A stretch of 33,341 nt of DNA. Origin: Corallochytrium limacisporum Hawaii (taxonomy: Eukaryota; Protista; Pluriformea). Made by a program: the position numbers and the translations under genes. The stretch spans positions 17,564-50,904 of the forward strand of contig PDIP01000144.1 in assembly GCA_002811645.1 (NCBI GenBank). The letters run 5' to 3'. A model generated the notes under the pieces. That model saw only the letters and a list, made by a program, of their open reading frames with translations. It was not told the DNA's origin and did no database searches. Below, in pieces: positions 19,791 to 30,950 of this stretch; within the stretch, counting starts at the first letter, position 1, and each line of letters opens with the position of its first letter.

Positions 19791-22700
19791 TTACTTGCCG
19801 TGCATGAACATCTGCAGCATGCGGTGAGTCACAGCATAACCACCGCAGATGTTGATCATAGCCACAAAGGCAGAAATGAAGCCGAGATAGTTGTACGTGG
19901 TATCAAAGCCGCTGCCAATCTGTTCCAGACCAGCCAAGACAACAATACCCGACACGGCGTTGGTCACACTCATCAAGGGAGTATGCAGGGACGGGGAGAC
20001 ATCCCAGATGAGGAAGTAACCCAGGATCACAGACAATTCAAAGACCAGCAGATATTCGAAGTAAGACTCGGGGAACAGGAAACCACAGCCGACCACAAGG
20101 ATGAGCATAATAAGCAGACCAAGGGCCTGCTGTTCCTTCCAGCTGCGGCGGTCCCACCAGGACAGACCATCATCACGAGGGTCCATGTCCACTGCAGTCT
20201 CAGGGTTGCCCTTCTTGGGATCCGAGTCACTGGTACTGGAGGAAGAGTCGTCGTCGTTCTTGGTGGGTGCAGGCTTAGCAGCCGGTGCGCCAGGCTGGGG
20301 AGGAGTGTAGCAGACCTCACCCTCGGCGTTAGTCACGCGCATCTTGGTGACAATGTCATCCTGGCCCTCACTTTGCTGGTAAAGCTTGAAGAAGTTCTCC
20401 ATATTGGCGGCGTAGAGGTTGGAGCTTACCTTGGCCATGCGGCTGGCCAGGTTGACGAAGCCAACAATGTGGACGCCATTGTCAGTCACATAGGCCTCGT
20501 TGACCCTTGTCTGGGTGCAGTTGCCTCCAGTGCGAGCCGCCAGGTCGACAATGACAGATCCCGGGCGCATGGACCCAACCATATCGTCCAGAATAAGCTT
20601 GGGGGCCGGACGTCCCGGAATCATGGCAGTGGTGATAATAATGTCCACTTCCTTGGCCTGCTGCCTGAACAAGGCAAATTCAGCGTCCAAGAAGGCTTTG
20701 CTCATCTCCTTTGCGTAACCACCGGCACCGGCACCGTCTTCCTCAATGTCGACCGTCAAGAAATGACCGCCCATGGATTCGACCTGCTCCTTGACAGGCT
20801 TGCGCACGTCAAAACCGCGAACAATAGCTCCGAGGTTCGCTGCCGCACCGATAGCAGCAAGACCCGCTACACCAGCACCCACGACGAGAACCTTGGCAGG
20901 TTCCACCTTACCCGCGGCAGTAATTTGGCCGGTGAAGAAGGAGCCGAAGCGCTGGGAAGCCTCGACCACAGCGCGGTAACCTGCGACGTTGCCCATGGCT
21001 GAGAGGGTGTCCAGAGCCTGGGCCTTGGTGGTGCGGGGAACAGCATCTGTAGCGTACGCAGTGATGCGCTTAGCAGCCAGGGCCTCAAGCAGTTCGCGGT
21101 TCTTTCCGGGGTTCAGCGGTGCCAGCATTTGGATGCCCTCAGGAAGCTCCTTGATCTCTTCCACGGTCGGCTCGGCGAGTTTAACGAATGTAAGATTCTG
21201 TTGGATAGCAGTCTTCTGGTCCAGGAGGGGCTGCACACCGTCCACGATCGTGGCACCAACGGACTCGAAGAGGCGGTCCGGGAAATCGGCGGCGACACCA
21301 GCACCAGCCAGCACGCGCGTTTCAATGCCAATGTCAAGCAGGGACTCAATCTTGTCTGGCGTCATGGCCACGCGACACTCGTCACCGTCCGCTTCATTGG
21401 TAACGGCGATGGTCATGGACGGTGCAGGGCGCTTCGCCAGGCGCTCTTCCCGGGCCTTGCGGGCCTTTTCTTCAGCCTCCTCAGCCTTGCGGGCCTCTGC
21501 CTCCTTGCGAGCAGCGGCATCCTCGGCAGCAGTCTTCTTGTCATCACCGTTGCTAGACATTTCTTGCAACTTCGCGAGGATGGCATCTGTCGACTTACGG
21601 GCATCACCGAAGCACATGTGGCAACGGTCCTTGAAGAAGAGAGGATTCTGCACACCGGCGTAACCAGCGCCCAGAGAGCGCTTCATGATGATGGTAGAAT
21701 GGCTGGTCCACACGCGCAAGACGGGCATACCAGCAATATCGGAGCTGGGATCGTCCTCTGCGGCGGGGTTGACTGTGTCGTTGGCGCCAATCACGAGCAC
21801 AACATCAGTGTCGGGGAAGTCGGGGTTGATCTCGTCCATTTCCTTCACAATTTCGTAGTCCACACGGGCTTCGGCGAGCAATACGTTCATATGACCGGGC
21901 ATGCGACCAGCAACTGGATGGATGGCAAAGCGCACGTTAACTCCGCGGCTGATCAGCAAATCAGTGATGGCACTGATAGTGTGCTGGGCCTGGGCCACGG
22001 CCATACCATAGCCGGGGACAATGATTACAGACTTGGCGTGAAGCAGCTGCTTGGCGACTGCATCCGGCTTCAGCTCAGACGCTTCGCGCTGCTCAGCAAC
22101 AGCACCACTGGCGGCCGGCGCGGGCTTCTTTCCACCCTCACCGAAACCTCCAACAAGGACGTGCATTAGTGAGCGGTTCATGGCCTTGCACATGACATAA
22201 CTGAGGATAGCACCACTGCCTCCAACCAAGCTACCTCCGACCACTAGGACGAAGTTCAGAGATGCGAAACCGGCGAAGGCACCGGCCCAACCAGACAATG
22301 AATTCAGCACGGCAATGACGACAGGCATGTCAGCACCACCGATGGCCATGACAGCGTGGTAACCGAATACAAGGGAGATAAAGATAGCAACCGCAGCAGC
22401 AATGATTCCATCGTCTGGGCGGTCGAGAGCGAGAAAAGCAGCAGCCAAACCGATGAGGGAAAGAATCATGGCAATGTTTGCATAACCCATGCCCCGGTAC
22501 TCCAGACGGCTGTTGATAATGCCCTCGAGTTTCAGACAGGCCACCAGGGAACCGGAGAAGGTCACAACACCGGTGAGCACGCCAAAGTAGATAACCAGCA
22601 AGTTCACATGCTCACCCAGCTTCGTCGTGCTCAGGTCAGCCTGGTAGTAACTACCCAGGCTGGCCAACGCGGCTGCGGCACCACCGAATGAGTTCAACAA

Positions 22701-22973
22701 ACCGACCAGTTGGGGCATCTGGGTCATCTTGACAAAGAAGGCAAGGAATACACCAAAGACACCGGAGGGCACCAGTGCCGCGACCACGAGACCGGCAGAG
22801 GGGTTATTGGAAACTGTGCCACCGATGGCAAACGCCGTACCGATGATACCATATATGTTTCCACGTACCGCGGTGCGCTGGTTCCTCAGACCCTGAATAC
22901 AGAGAATGTAGAAGAGTACCGACGGTACAAATGTGTAGTATGCGGATAGCTTATCCAAGTCAATTGTCTCCAT
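19791..22973 (-). CDS. NNT: Proton-translocating NAD(P)+ transhydrogenase, single chain in beta-alpha (PntB-PntA) order
   Basis: 1060-aa ORF. N-terminal PntB membrane domain (MPQLVGLLNS, IGGADMPVVIAVLNSLSG, CKAMNRS); NADP-binding dIII (PGYGMAVAQAQ, HPVAGRMPGHMNVLLAEA, GANDTVNPAA); charged linker; NAD-binding dI (ECRVAMTP, GAGVAGLAA, GGYAK, DLAARTGGNC); PntA C-terminal helices (LHTPLMSVTNAVSG, NICGGYAVTHRMLQMF). Confidence 0.96.
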   Translation of the reverse strand: METIDLDKLSAYYTFVPSVLFYILCIQGLRNQRTAVRGNIYGIIGTAFAIGGTVSNNPSAGLVVAALVPSGVFGVFLAFFVKMTQMPQLVGLLNSFGGAAAALASLGSYYQADLSTTKLGEHVNLLVIYFGVLTGVVTFSGSLVACLKLEGIINSRLEYRGMGYANIAMILSLIGLAAAFLALDRPDDGIIAAAVAIFISLVFGYHAVMAIGGADMPVVIAVLNSLSGWAGAFAGFASLNFVLVVGGSLVGGSGAILSYVMCKAMNRSLMHVLVGGFGEGGKKPAPAASGAVAEQREASELKPDAVAKQLLHAKSVIIVPGYGMAVAQAQHTISAITDLLISRGVNVRFAIHPVAGRMPGHMNVLLAEARVDYEIVKEMDEINPDFPDTDVVLVIGANDTVNPAAEDDPSSDIAGMPVLRVWTSHSTIIMKRSLGAGYAGVQNPLFFKDRCHMCFGDARKSTDAILAKLQEMSSNGDDKKTAAEDAAARKEAEARKAEEAEEKARKAREERLAKRPAPSMTIAVTNEADGDECRVAMTPDKIESLLDIGIETRVLAGAGVAADFPDRLFESVGATIVDGVQPLLDQKTAIQQNLTFVKLAEPTVEEIKELPEGIQMLAPLNPGKNRELLEALAAKRITAYATDAVPRTTKAQALDTLSAMGNVAGYRAVVEASQRFGSFFTGQITAAGKVEPAKVLVVGAGVAGLAAIGAAANLGAIVRGFDVRKPVKEQVESMGGHFLTVDIEEDGAGAGGYAKEMSKAFLDAEFALFRQQAKEVDIIITTAMIPGRPAPKLILDDMVGSMRPGSVIVDLAARTGGNCTQTRVNEAYVTDNGVHIVGFVNLASRMAKVSSNLYAANMENFFKLYQQSEGQDDIVTKMRVTNAEGEVCYTPPQPGAPAAKPAPTKNDDDSSSSTSDSDPKKGNPETAVDMDPRDDGLSWWDRRSWKEQQALGLLIMLILVVGCGFLFPESYFEYLLVFELSVILGYFLIWDVSPSLHTPLMSVTNAVSGIVVLAGLEQIGSGFDTTYNYLGFISAFVAMINICGGYAVTHRMLQMFMHGK

Positions 22974-23747
22974 CTTGGAATGTGTTTGTTAGGCAGTTCA
23001 CGGTTGGATGTTACTGACTGCTTTGCGCATTGAATGCTAGCAAATAGATTTGCTTTCTTGTGCTGTACTTAAGTGTGCAGTTTGTCCAAAAGACATTTAA
23101 CGTTGTGTCCGAACGAAGAAGAAAACTTGCTATAAATGTGAAGGTTTTCTTCCTGAATGACCGAGAGAAAATGTTACAATTTCCTTGCGGTTGTCCGGAT
23201 CTGTGGTTTTACTAAAATACCTTTTTGGCTAATTCTTACTACAAACTCTCCGAGAGGTAAAGGCATTCAGTGAAGCAGGGAACGCTTAGGTACCTTCACA
23301 GGATCCCCTGGGGGATCCTTACCTTTATCTCACATACAACCAGGCCCAAATTTAGTCCCGTGGGACGTGTTCGAATGACACTTGGGCTTCCAAACACAAC
23401 TTTCGTTCTCTATCCTTGTGCGTCTGTCGCAAACCCCGGAATTAAAACCCAAGCCAAATGCCCCCAAAAAAGTTCCCAAAACGGGGACCTTATGGTCAGC
23501 AGCTGCACTAGCAAAAAAAGAGAGAAGGGACCTCTCCTTCCGCTCCCCGTTGGGCACAGCCACCCACCCACCCCCAACCGGCGGTGATCAGCCGACAAGA
23601 GCAAGGGACGTTTTAATATGGAGCGGGAATGGGGAGAGTGCGGGGGCTGGCGGTAATGGGAAAACTCGAGAGACTCTCCCCCTCCCCCCCCTTCCCTTCT
23701 ACTCCTCTCCCTTCCTTTTATTCGCTTGCTCCCCTTTCCCTTCTTCC

Positions 23748-24013
23748 NNNNNNNNNNNNNNNNNNNNNNNNNNNNNNNNNNNNNNNNNNNNNNNNNNNNN
23801 NNNNNNNNNNNNNNNNNNNNNNNNNNNNNNNNNNNNNNNNNNNNNNNNNNNNNNNNNNNNNNNNNNNNNNNNNNNNNNNNNNNNNNNNNNNNNNNNNNNN
23901 NNNNNNNNNNNNNNNNNNNNNNNNNNNNNNNNNNNNNNNNNNNNNNNNNNNNNNNNNNNNNNNNNNNNNNNNNNNNNNNNNNNNNNNNNNNNNNNNNNNN
24001 NNNNNNNNNNNNN
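23748..24013. other. Assembly gap (266 N)
   Basis: N run flanked by polypyrimidine/C-tract sequence. Confidence 0.99.
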
Positions 24014-25401
24014 CCCCCCCCTTCCCTCCCCTCCTCCCAGGCCTACCCCTTACCCCCAGGGCCAATTTTTCACATTGCCTTTTTCTTCCATTTTTTTTAA
24101 AGGTGCTTTTTCACCCTACCGCCCCGGTGGGACGGACACGGGGGAGGTAAGGGAGGTGGTGGTGGGGGGGGGGGAAGAGTGAGAGGGGGTTTTTTTTGTT
24201 GATGGCCGAGAGGGGAAGGTAAGCCCCGGGGGGAGGGGGAATGGAGAGGGAGCGCAGCGCGCCCGGACAGGCGCAAGGCGGCCACGCAGTGCTGCAGATC
24301 AAAAGTGCCACACGGAGCGCATGAACGCTTAGAGTGGCAGCAGTTCACACACACTGACTCACTTTTTTATGCCTCCATTCCGGAGCCACTCGACCCGAGC
24401 GGAGGGGTGGGCGAGAGAATAGACCCAGGGCAGCAATATCGGAGCGCCATGGAGGAAACGCAGAGATGCGGCTTGCGCGCGAAAATAGAGAGGGGGGGGG
24501 GAGGAGGAAGAGAGAAGGAGAACCACACGACTCGCTCTGCCACTCGCATCACAAAACCAGCCACACACTCTCTTTGTTCCTCATTTTTTTTTGTTTTTGT
24601 TGGTGCTGGTAGCAGCGCCGAACTATTGACACCAAGGCAAAACATTGATAAAAAAATATGGGCCCTTGGCCCGATAAATCCGCAAGAACAAAGAATTATG
24701 CCATCGGGGCTGGCAAGCGAATAAGAGGCAGTAGATCGGTCCAGCACTTGGCGAAATTCACACAGTCTGTCAAGGGCCGAAATCCCGTCCATCGATTCTC
24801 AGTTACCACCAGGAGGTGTGTTGCACGGGGTTCATGTGGTTGATGGGCGCCCTAGATGCGCGCTGCTGCCCTTGTTTTCTGCGTCGACGCCCGCATTTTG
24901 TGGTTCGGGCACGGGGGGGTAAGCAGGGCACAAGCAGTCCAGCAACGACCGGTAAATTGCCTATAGTTTCATTACTTGGGGACGAGCAAGCCCGCCACCC
25001 CCCCTGGCTTTCGGTCTCCGGGGAGAAGGAAAAAAAGTGGAACGAATGGAAAAAAAAACCAAAAAAAGAAAAAAGTTTTTCTGGTCGCACCGTCGTCGCA
25101 GATTATGCTGCCCGTACGAAACCATTTTGGCCTCCTGCTGTATCATTCTGTGCCCAGAGCAGTATTGACAGTACGACGAACCGCAACCCAACCTACGCAC
25201 TCTGTCTGCCTGCCCCCAGCACAAGGCAGCAGGCTACGAAGCAAAAAAAAGGCAAATTCTTTTACAATACTTCCTCCCAGCCACAGCTCTAAATTGGCTT
25301 TCCGTCGCACGTACTTTTTTGGGTAAATCACCGGCGTACATTTACTACCACTGAGTTCTGATTAAGGAAATTCCGACCTGGATCCACCAAGCGTGAGGTC
25401 C

Positions 25402-25425
25402 AGAGAGAGAGAGAGAGAAAGAGAG
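25402..25425. repeat. Imperfect (AG)n microsatellite
   Basis: Directly visible. Confidence 0.85.
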
Positions 25426-27295
25426 GTGGATATTTCATTTAGAGTTTTTCCCGTCTCCCGGACCGTTGAAGAATGATCTGCAAAAAAGATTGCTCTAATG
25501 GTGTCTTTTCTTTCTCTGGCCAAGGGCTCCCCTTTCGGTACTGGCGCTTGTGCCCTTCCAGGCACAGGTTCTTGTGACGGATGGAAAATGGAAAAAAAAA
25601 GGTTTGCAGCGCGACCGGGTTCCCATCGTAGTAGTGTCGCTGTCCAAGACTCAGGTCGACAAGATCGCACACTTAACACATGTGCCCGCGCATGCCGCAT
25701 GTCAGCACCAGATGGAAAAAGAGTCACCATCGACCACAGACACAATCGAAAGGTGGGACATTAACGAACCCTGCACGCACGATAGTGGACTGTCCTCGCG
25801 AACCTGCCCATGCGGAGTCAAGTACCAGAAGGGCCTCCATCTCTTCCCACCAATTCTCTGCAGATAAATTCGTTAGTCATTGGTCAGGGAATCTTTCATT
25901 AAAGACATCCGAGTCTTGTGCCGTGTGTGTAGCTGATCCGACTTTCCAGCACCGCAATAGAAAATACACCACCACCGCCCACCAACTCACGCGGAGTGCC
26001 GGTGATTTTCACTTTTATTCGAAGAAGTAAAAGGAGCGGTGGCCCCCCCCCCCGGCCCGGGGGAGGGGGAGCGGGAATGGAGAAGTGGGTAGGAATGGGC
26101 TCAACCCCCCAAAGGACTACAGGCGTCAGATGATTTGCCGGAAATCACTACGGGTCCAACAACCTACGCAAACGTGTCCCTTGCCAGTGTGATATGTAGG
26201 CGCTTGGCAGTTGGGGGCTCGGTGGTGGTGTGATCCCTCCGTAGGTGTCTGCTGGTTGGGCTGGTACATTCTGTACTGCAGCCCCGGGGATAACTTTCTA
26301 CGGGTGAGGGGTGTGTACAACTCGGTCAGAGAAATTGCAGATTTTCTTGCCCTTTCCCCCCGGTACGTTAGCAAGGGACCTAGGGAATCGTTCGGGTGCT
26401 GGAAGGACAGCGTTAGTCATTGATATCTTCAATACTTCCTTATCTATGGAAAGTGTATGAGATGAAATCAATGATAGGACACAATATAGTATTTTTTTTC
26501 AATTTCCTGCTATTCTTCAATATCTATCTCCGGTGTGCGCGCTGCATCCTTGGCTGAACCCTTGCCCACTGCCCCTCTTCCCTTGCCATCGTTAGCTCCT
26601 TTGCAGTCGGTCCAGCAGCGCTTGCTGTAGTGGGGAGGGGGGGAGGGGAGAGGCGCGGAGTTTGTGTGTGCTCGCTCGCGCATGGGAGGAGGTTCCGGAG
26701 CGGGTCATTTGCGTTGCCCGTGTGCTTCGGCTCTGCGTAAACCTTACGATCTCAGAACAACCTAAACAAAAGAATCGAGAAAAACACCAATCCGATGGAT
26801 TTAGTAGTGAATGTACTGAAGAATTGCCAGTCACGGGGGTTGTTTTTGTTAAGGAACGATGGAAATTGTCCCGCACGGGTCGCGAACCCCGTCCGGTCCG
26901 AGGCTTCGCTCCATTGTTTTCGTCGATCCCCTTCCCCGCTTCGTAGAAACTGACCCCTTCCCGGTCCATGCTCCCTTGCTTCACTATGGAAACTCTTCAA
27001 TCACTTCAATGAGTCTGCGCCGAATACCTTTCCCTCACCCACCCTTTTTCTGCTTCAGCCTAACCTTTCCCTTTTCTATTTTTTTTTGACGTATTCCCCT
27101 GCGCTCTTCAGATCTTGGTTCTCCTACGACCGGAAAAAAACATGGCGGGTAACACTGAAACGAGAATTACGATCGAACAAGAAAAACCGACGTAAAAAAA
27201 AAAGAAAAGGTGGGGGGGGGGGCTGAGCGGGGAGACGTTGACGTAGTTTTGCATGGTGTTGGTTGTACCGGAGAACTGGGGGCCGTCGGTTGTGG

Positions 27296-27595
27296 NNNNN
27301 NNNNNNNNNNNNNNNNNNNNNNNNNNNNNNNNNNNNNNNNNNNNNNNNNNNNNNNNNNNNNNNNNNNNNNNNNNNNNNNNNNNNNNNNNNNNNNNNNNNN
27401 NNNNNNNNNNNNNNNNNNNNNNNNNNNNNNNNNNNNNNNNNNNNNNNNNNNNNNNNNNNNNNNNNNNNNNNNNNNNNNNNNNNNNNNNNNNNNNNNNNNN
27501 NNNNNNNNNNNNNNNNNNNNNNNNNNNNNNNNNNNNNNNNNNNNNNNNNNNNNNNNNNNNNNNNNNNNNNNNNNNNNNNNNNNNNNNNNNNNNNN
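27296..27595. other. Assembly gap (300 N)
   Basis: N run followed by a G-tract. Confidence 0.99.
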
Positions 27596-30500
27596 GGGGG
27601 GGGAGAAGGGGGAGGTGGGCTAAACCCCTGGCAGGCACGAAAGGGGGCCGGTATTGCGCAAGTAACACAGCGACTTTCTTTGTTCTTCTAATCTCCGGGG
27701 GAGGAGGGTTTTCTCGGTTGCAATTCCCCAGAGAGATCGAGAGAGTGCCGTGAATAGGCTACGGGTTTCCCCAAACATTAAAAAAACAAACAAAAATAAA
27801 GAAAATATACGTTCCGCTGTGAAATACATGTTTATTTTTAGCCACTTATTATACATATGGGCATATCGTAGATGAGGTGCCGACAGCCCGGCGGGTCTGA
27901 TGGGGAGGTGAGAATGGGGGGGTTTTATATTTCCCTGCGCACTAAAAGGTATGGAAACCAAACCACCCCTCCGGGGTCGGTCAGTCCGAAACCCGCAGGT
28001 GGTACGCGGAAAAGGTGCCAGAAATTGCGTAGCCAATCACAGCACCCGGGGGAGGGAGGGGCAAGTCTCTGTGCCCTCCATATTTTTTTTTTCTTTCCTT
28101 TTTCTCCCTCCTTCTTTCCTTCTCCTTTCTCGGTCCTTGTTTTTTTCTTGAAACCTCACACCCCCGTCCCCCCTCTCTCGATCCCCTCTCCTATACTTGC
28201 TGAATGGGCGAGAGGACCTACCACGGAGAAGATACAACACATACCGGGCAGGACGACGATCTTGGTGGCGCTTTTCCGGCACACACCCCGAATCATTGTG
28301 TCCATTAGTATGCAAAATTTACCAGGGTGTTTACTGTTTTGCGCAATTCAAACGACGACGACGGAAGGGGGGAGAGGGGGGGTCGTTGGCCCGCTCTGTA
28401 CTTTTTCCTTCCTTTCCGGAACGACTGGTATGCGTTAACCCGCTGCTTGGCCATGGCCTCACCAGCAAACCCCGATTCCTCCGTCATCCTGGTTCTTTTT
28501 ATCGCTTCGTTTGTCCGTCCTTCCACTCCTCGCTCCTGGTCTCCCCTTCATTCTCGTTCTGTCTCCCTTGGGATGTAAGGAAGTGGTCGTCTTGCTGATG
28601 CGCCATCATCATCAGGTACTTAGACTCTCCTCCCCCGGGAGGGTCGGATTCCTCTCCCCTCCTCCCCCCAACTTCCCGTGCCTCCCCTTTCGTCAGTGCC
28701 TGAGCGCAAGGAAATGAAAGGGGAGGCAGGTGGTAGGCGAGTGGACACGAAGGAAGGAGGGGGTTCGACGAGAAAAAGACAAAAGAAGACCTTCGAGTAA
28801 AGAGACACACCGGCAAAAAATGAGATACACACTCGAAGGCAAGAAAAAGTAGGTCCACAGCTTGCTACAACAAACCTCTGTGTTCACTGGCGGTGAGTTT
28901 TTGGACTTCCTGTATGATTTGACACGGGGGACACACCGCAACAGCACATGAGCGGATCGTCACAGCAGCCAGCGACACACATCGGAGTGTCATGGCATGC
29001 GATCAATTCACACAGACACCAACTCATTGATGCTGTTCTTGTCTGGGCCCCTGCGATGACGACGATGAGGAGCAAGACCGAATGACCGAAGCCTGTTTCA
29101 TCCCGAACGATTGCAATCCATGGAGGGCATGCACGGAACGGATTACTGCGGTATGAAGGTCTGAGGCGGTTCGCTATCAAATTTACAGCGTATCATCATT
29201 TCATTCAACGGCGGCAGCAACATTCTGCCTGGATTGTCGCTGATGCCAGTTTTTGCACGACATATAGTATGTATTCTTTGTATGGCATCATACGATGGTT
29301 CGGCGGCGAAACACAGTCCAAGGGAAGCGGACGTGGCCCTCTTGGCCACACAGTCAGAAACCAGACATATGGAGACACGCTTGGCATGGTGATAAGCCCC
29401 GCCTCTTGCCGCCCACCGGTTGTACCCTTGCCTGCTTCTACTGTGAGCAAGCATGCCAAGACATGTTATGAAATGGAATCAGGGACAGGAACAATGATGG
29501 GACTCGGTTTGTGGAATGCTCTCTGTTAATCACAACGACCACTGACCGCCACAAAATAAGACGGAACGACGACAACAACAACGAAGATCACACGTGGCAC
29601 CCCGACTGATGGTCGAAACCAAAAGTTGCAAGCAAGCCGGCCACTGTGGCGTACCAGTAAAGAGTTTGTGACCAAGTTTGAGCATCCAGCAGGGACCTAG
29701 CACACAAATGCAGAGTTCACGAACGAGTACATGTCATTCTGATGGCATGTCGGGTAACTGCCGGATGTCCTCACTGTTGATGATCGAAATAGATAGCGCA
29801 TGCTGTTTACCGCTAATCACCAATGAATTCCAATTTGAACAGTACTTGGCCCAGAACAGAGGATGGGGATTTCCTTTTGGTATTAGGCGATTACTCATCG
29901 ATTCTATAAGCTACCTCGCATCTCCATATTGTAATTGTCCCCACCTTTATCACTTTATCATCGGAATTCCCATTCCTAAGGGTTCATGATATCTGAATGA
30001 GCAAGAGTTCCTGGTAAACATGCACAAGATACGTGCCAACACTTGGGTACGCTCAGAATATGGTTACGGTGACGATGATGGCCCGGCCAGGGAACAATGG
30101 CCACGGGCCGTGGACGATCTAGCTGAGCTGTAATGAACTCTGTTGGGATGTGAAAAGATCTGTATCGTACGGCCAGCTTTGGCCGGGTTTCAAACAGCAT
30201 CACATCGCATCGTGACGGTCTCCCTGCAAAATCTGTCCAGGCACCCCAAACGTGAAGTCGACGTATATGTACAAGGTGCATAAAACTGATCCCTGAGAAC
30301 CTATAGAAGTAGAAACTCGACAATGAAAGCGCACACAGCAGCTTACAAAAAAGTTCATACGCAACAAAAAACGAACTAAGGTACGAACCTACGAAGGCAT
30401 CCGCACATCACCAGCTGACGCCCAGGATAGTTCGTCGCGTACCCACACCCAAGCAAAAACCCATTGCACGATAAGAAAGCACTCAAAACGAGAGTCAATG

Positions 30501-30927
30501 CTTTCAGCCAGAAATCAACAGATGGATGGATGGGGATCCGCGCTATCACCTTGATACTGGTCTTCGGTGGTAATTTTCCTCCCCAGACGGCCACTGCTAT
30601 CGAATTCGTGGTTCCTATTTTGAAGTAAATCTGAACGCAAACGTTCCCAGAGCCACTATCCGTCTCCAAAACCGTCAATCGGTGACTCACAAAACCGCCA
30701 TAGAGCGCCTTCAGGTTGGCGCAACCGACCGTGCACGTCTTACGAGCTGCTTACCCCTCGCCTACTCAGTCACAGGGAGGGCCGCGGGGGCGTAAACTAA
30801 AGCACAGATAACACGACAACGCACCAAATGTTTCTTCCTCTTTAATCACACAGCCCAGTATCAGCTTGCGTTTTTTGGACGTGTGTATGTGAATGTGTGT
30901 TATGTGATCCAGGTAATAAAAACAGGA

Positions 30928-30950
30928 GGGAGGGGGGGAGGGGAGGGGGG
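30928..30950 (+). other. Canonical G-quadruplex-forming motif
   Basis: GGG-A-GGGGGGG-A-GGGG-A-GGGGGG: four G-runs with 1-nt loops. Confidence 0.6.

Noticed and set aside
21997-22008. ACGGCCATACCA resembling the 5' end of 5S rRNA
   Set aside because: Lies inside the NNT coding sequence (antisense of GYGMAV) and the match does not extend.
19800-22169. Long plus-strand ORFs (400 aa, 346 aa, 224 aa) antisense to the transhydrogenase
   Set aside because: Shadow ORFs expected from the GC3-rich codon bias of the real gene; no recognisable motifs.
23365-23381. GTTCGAAT T-loop-like motif suggesting a tRNA
   Set aside because: Flanks do not form a T-stem and no cloverleaf is present; the same holds for the other GTTCGA sites inspected.
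23382-27753. ORFs spanning the two N-gaps
   Set aside because: Artefacts of N runs lacking stop codons.
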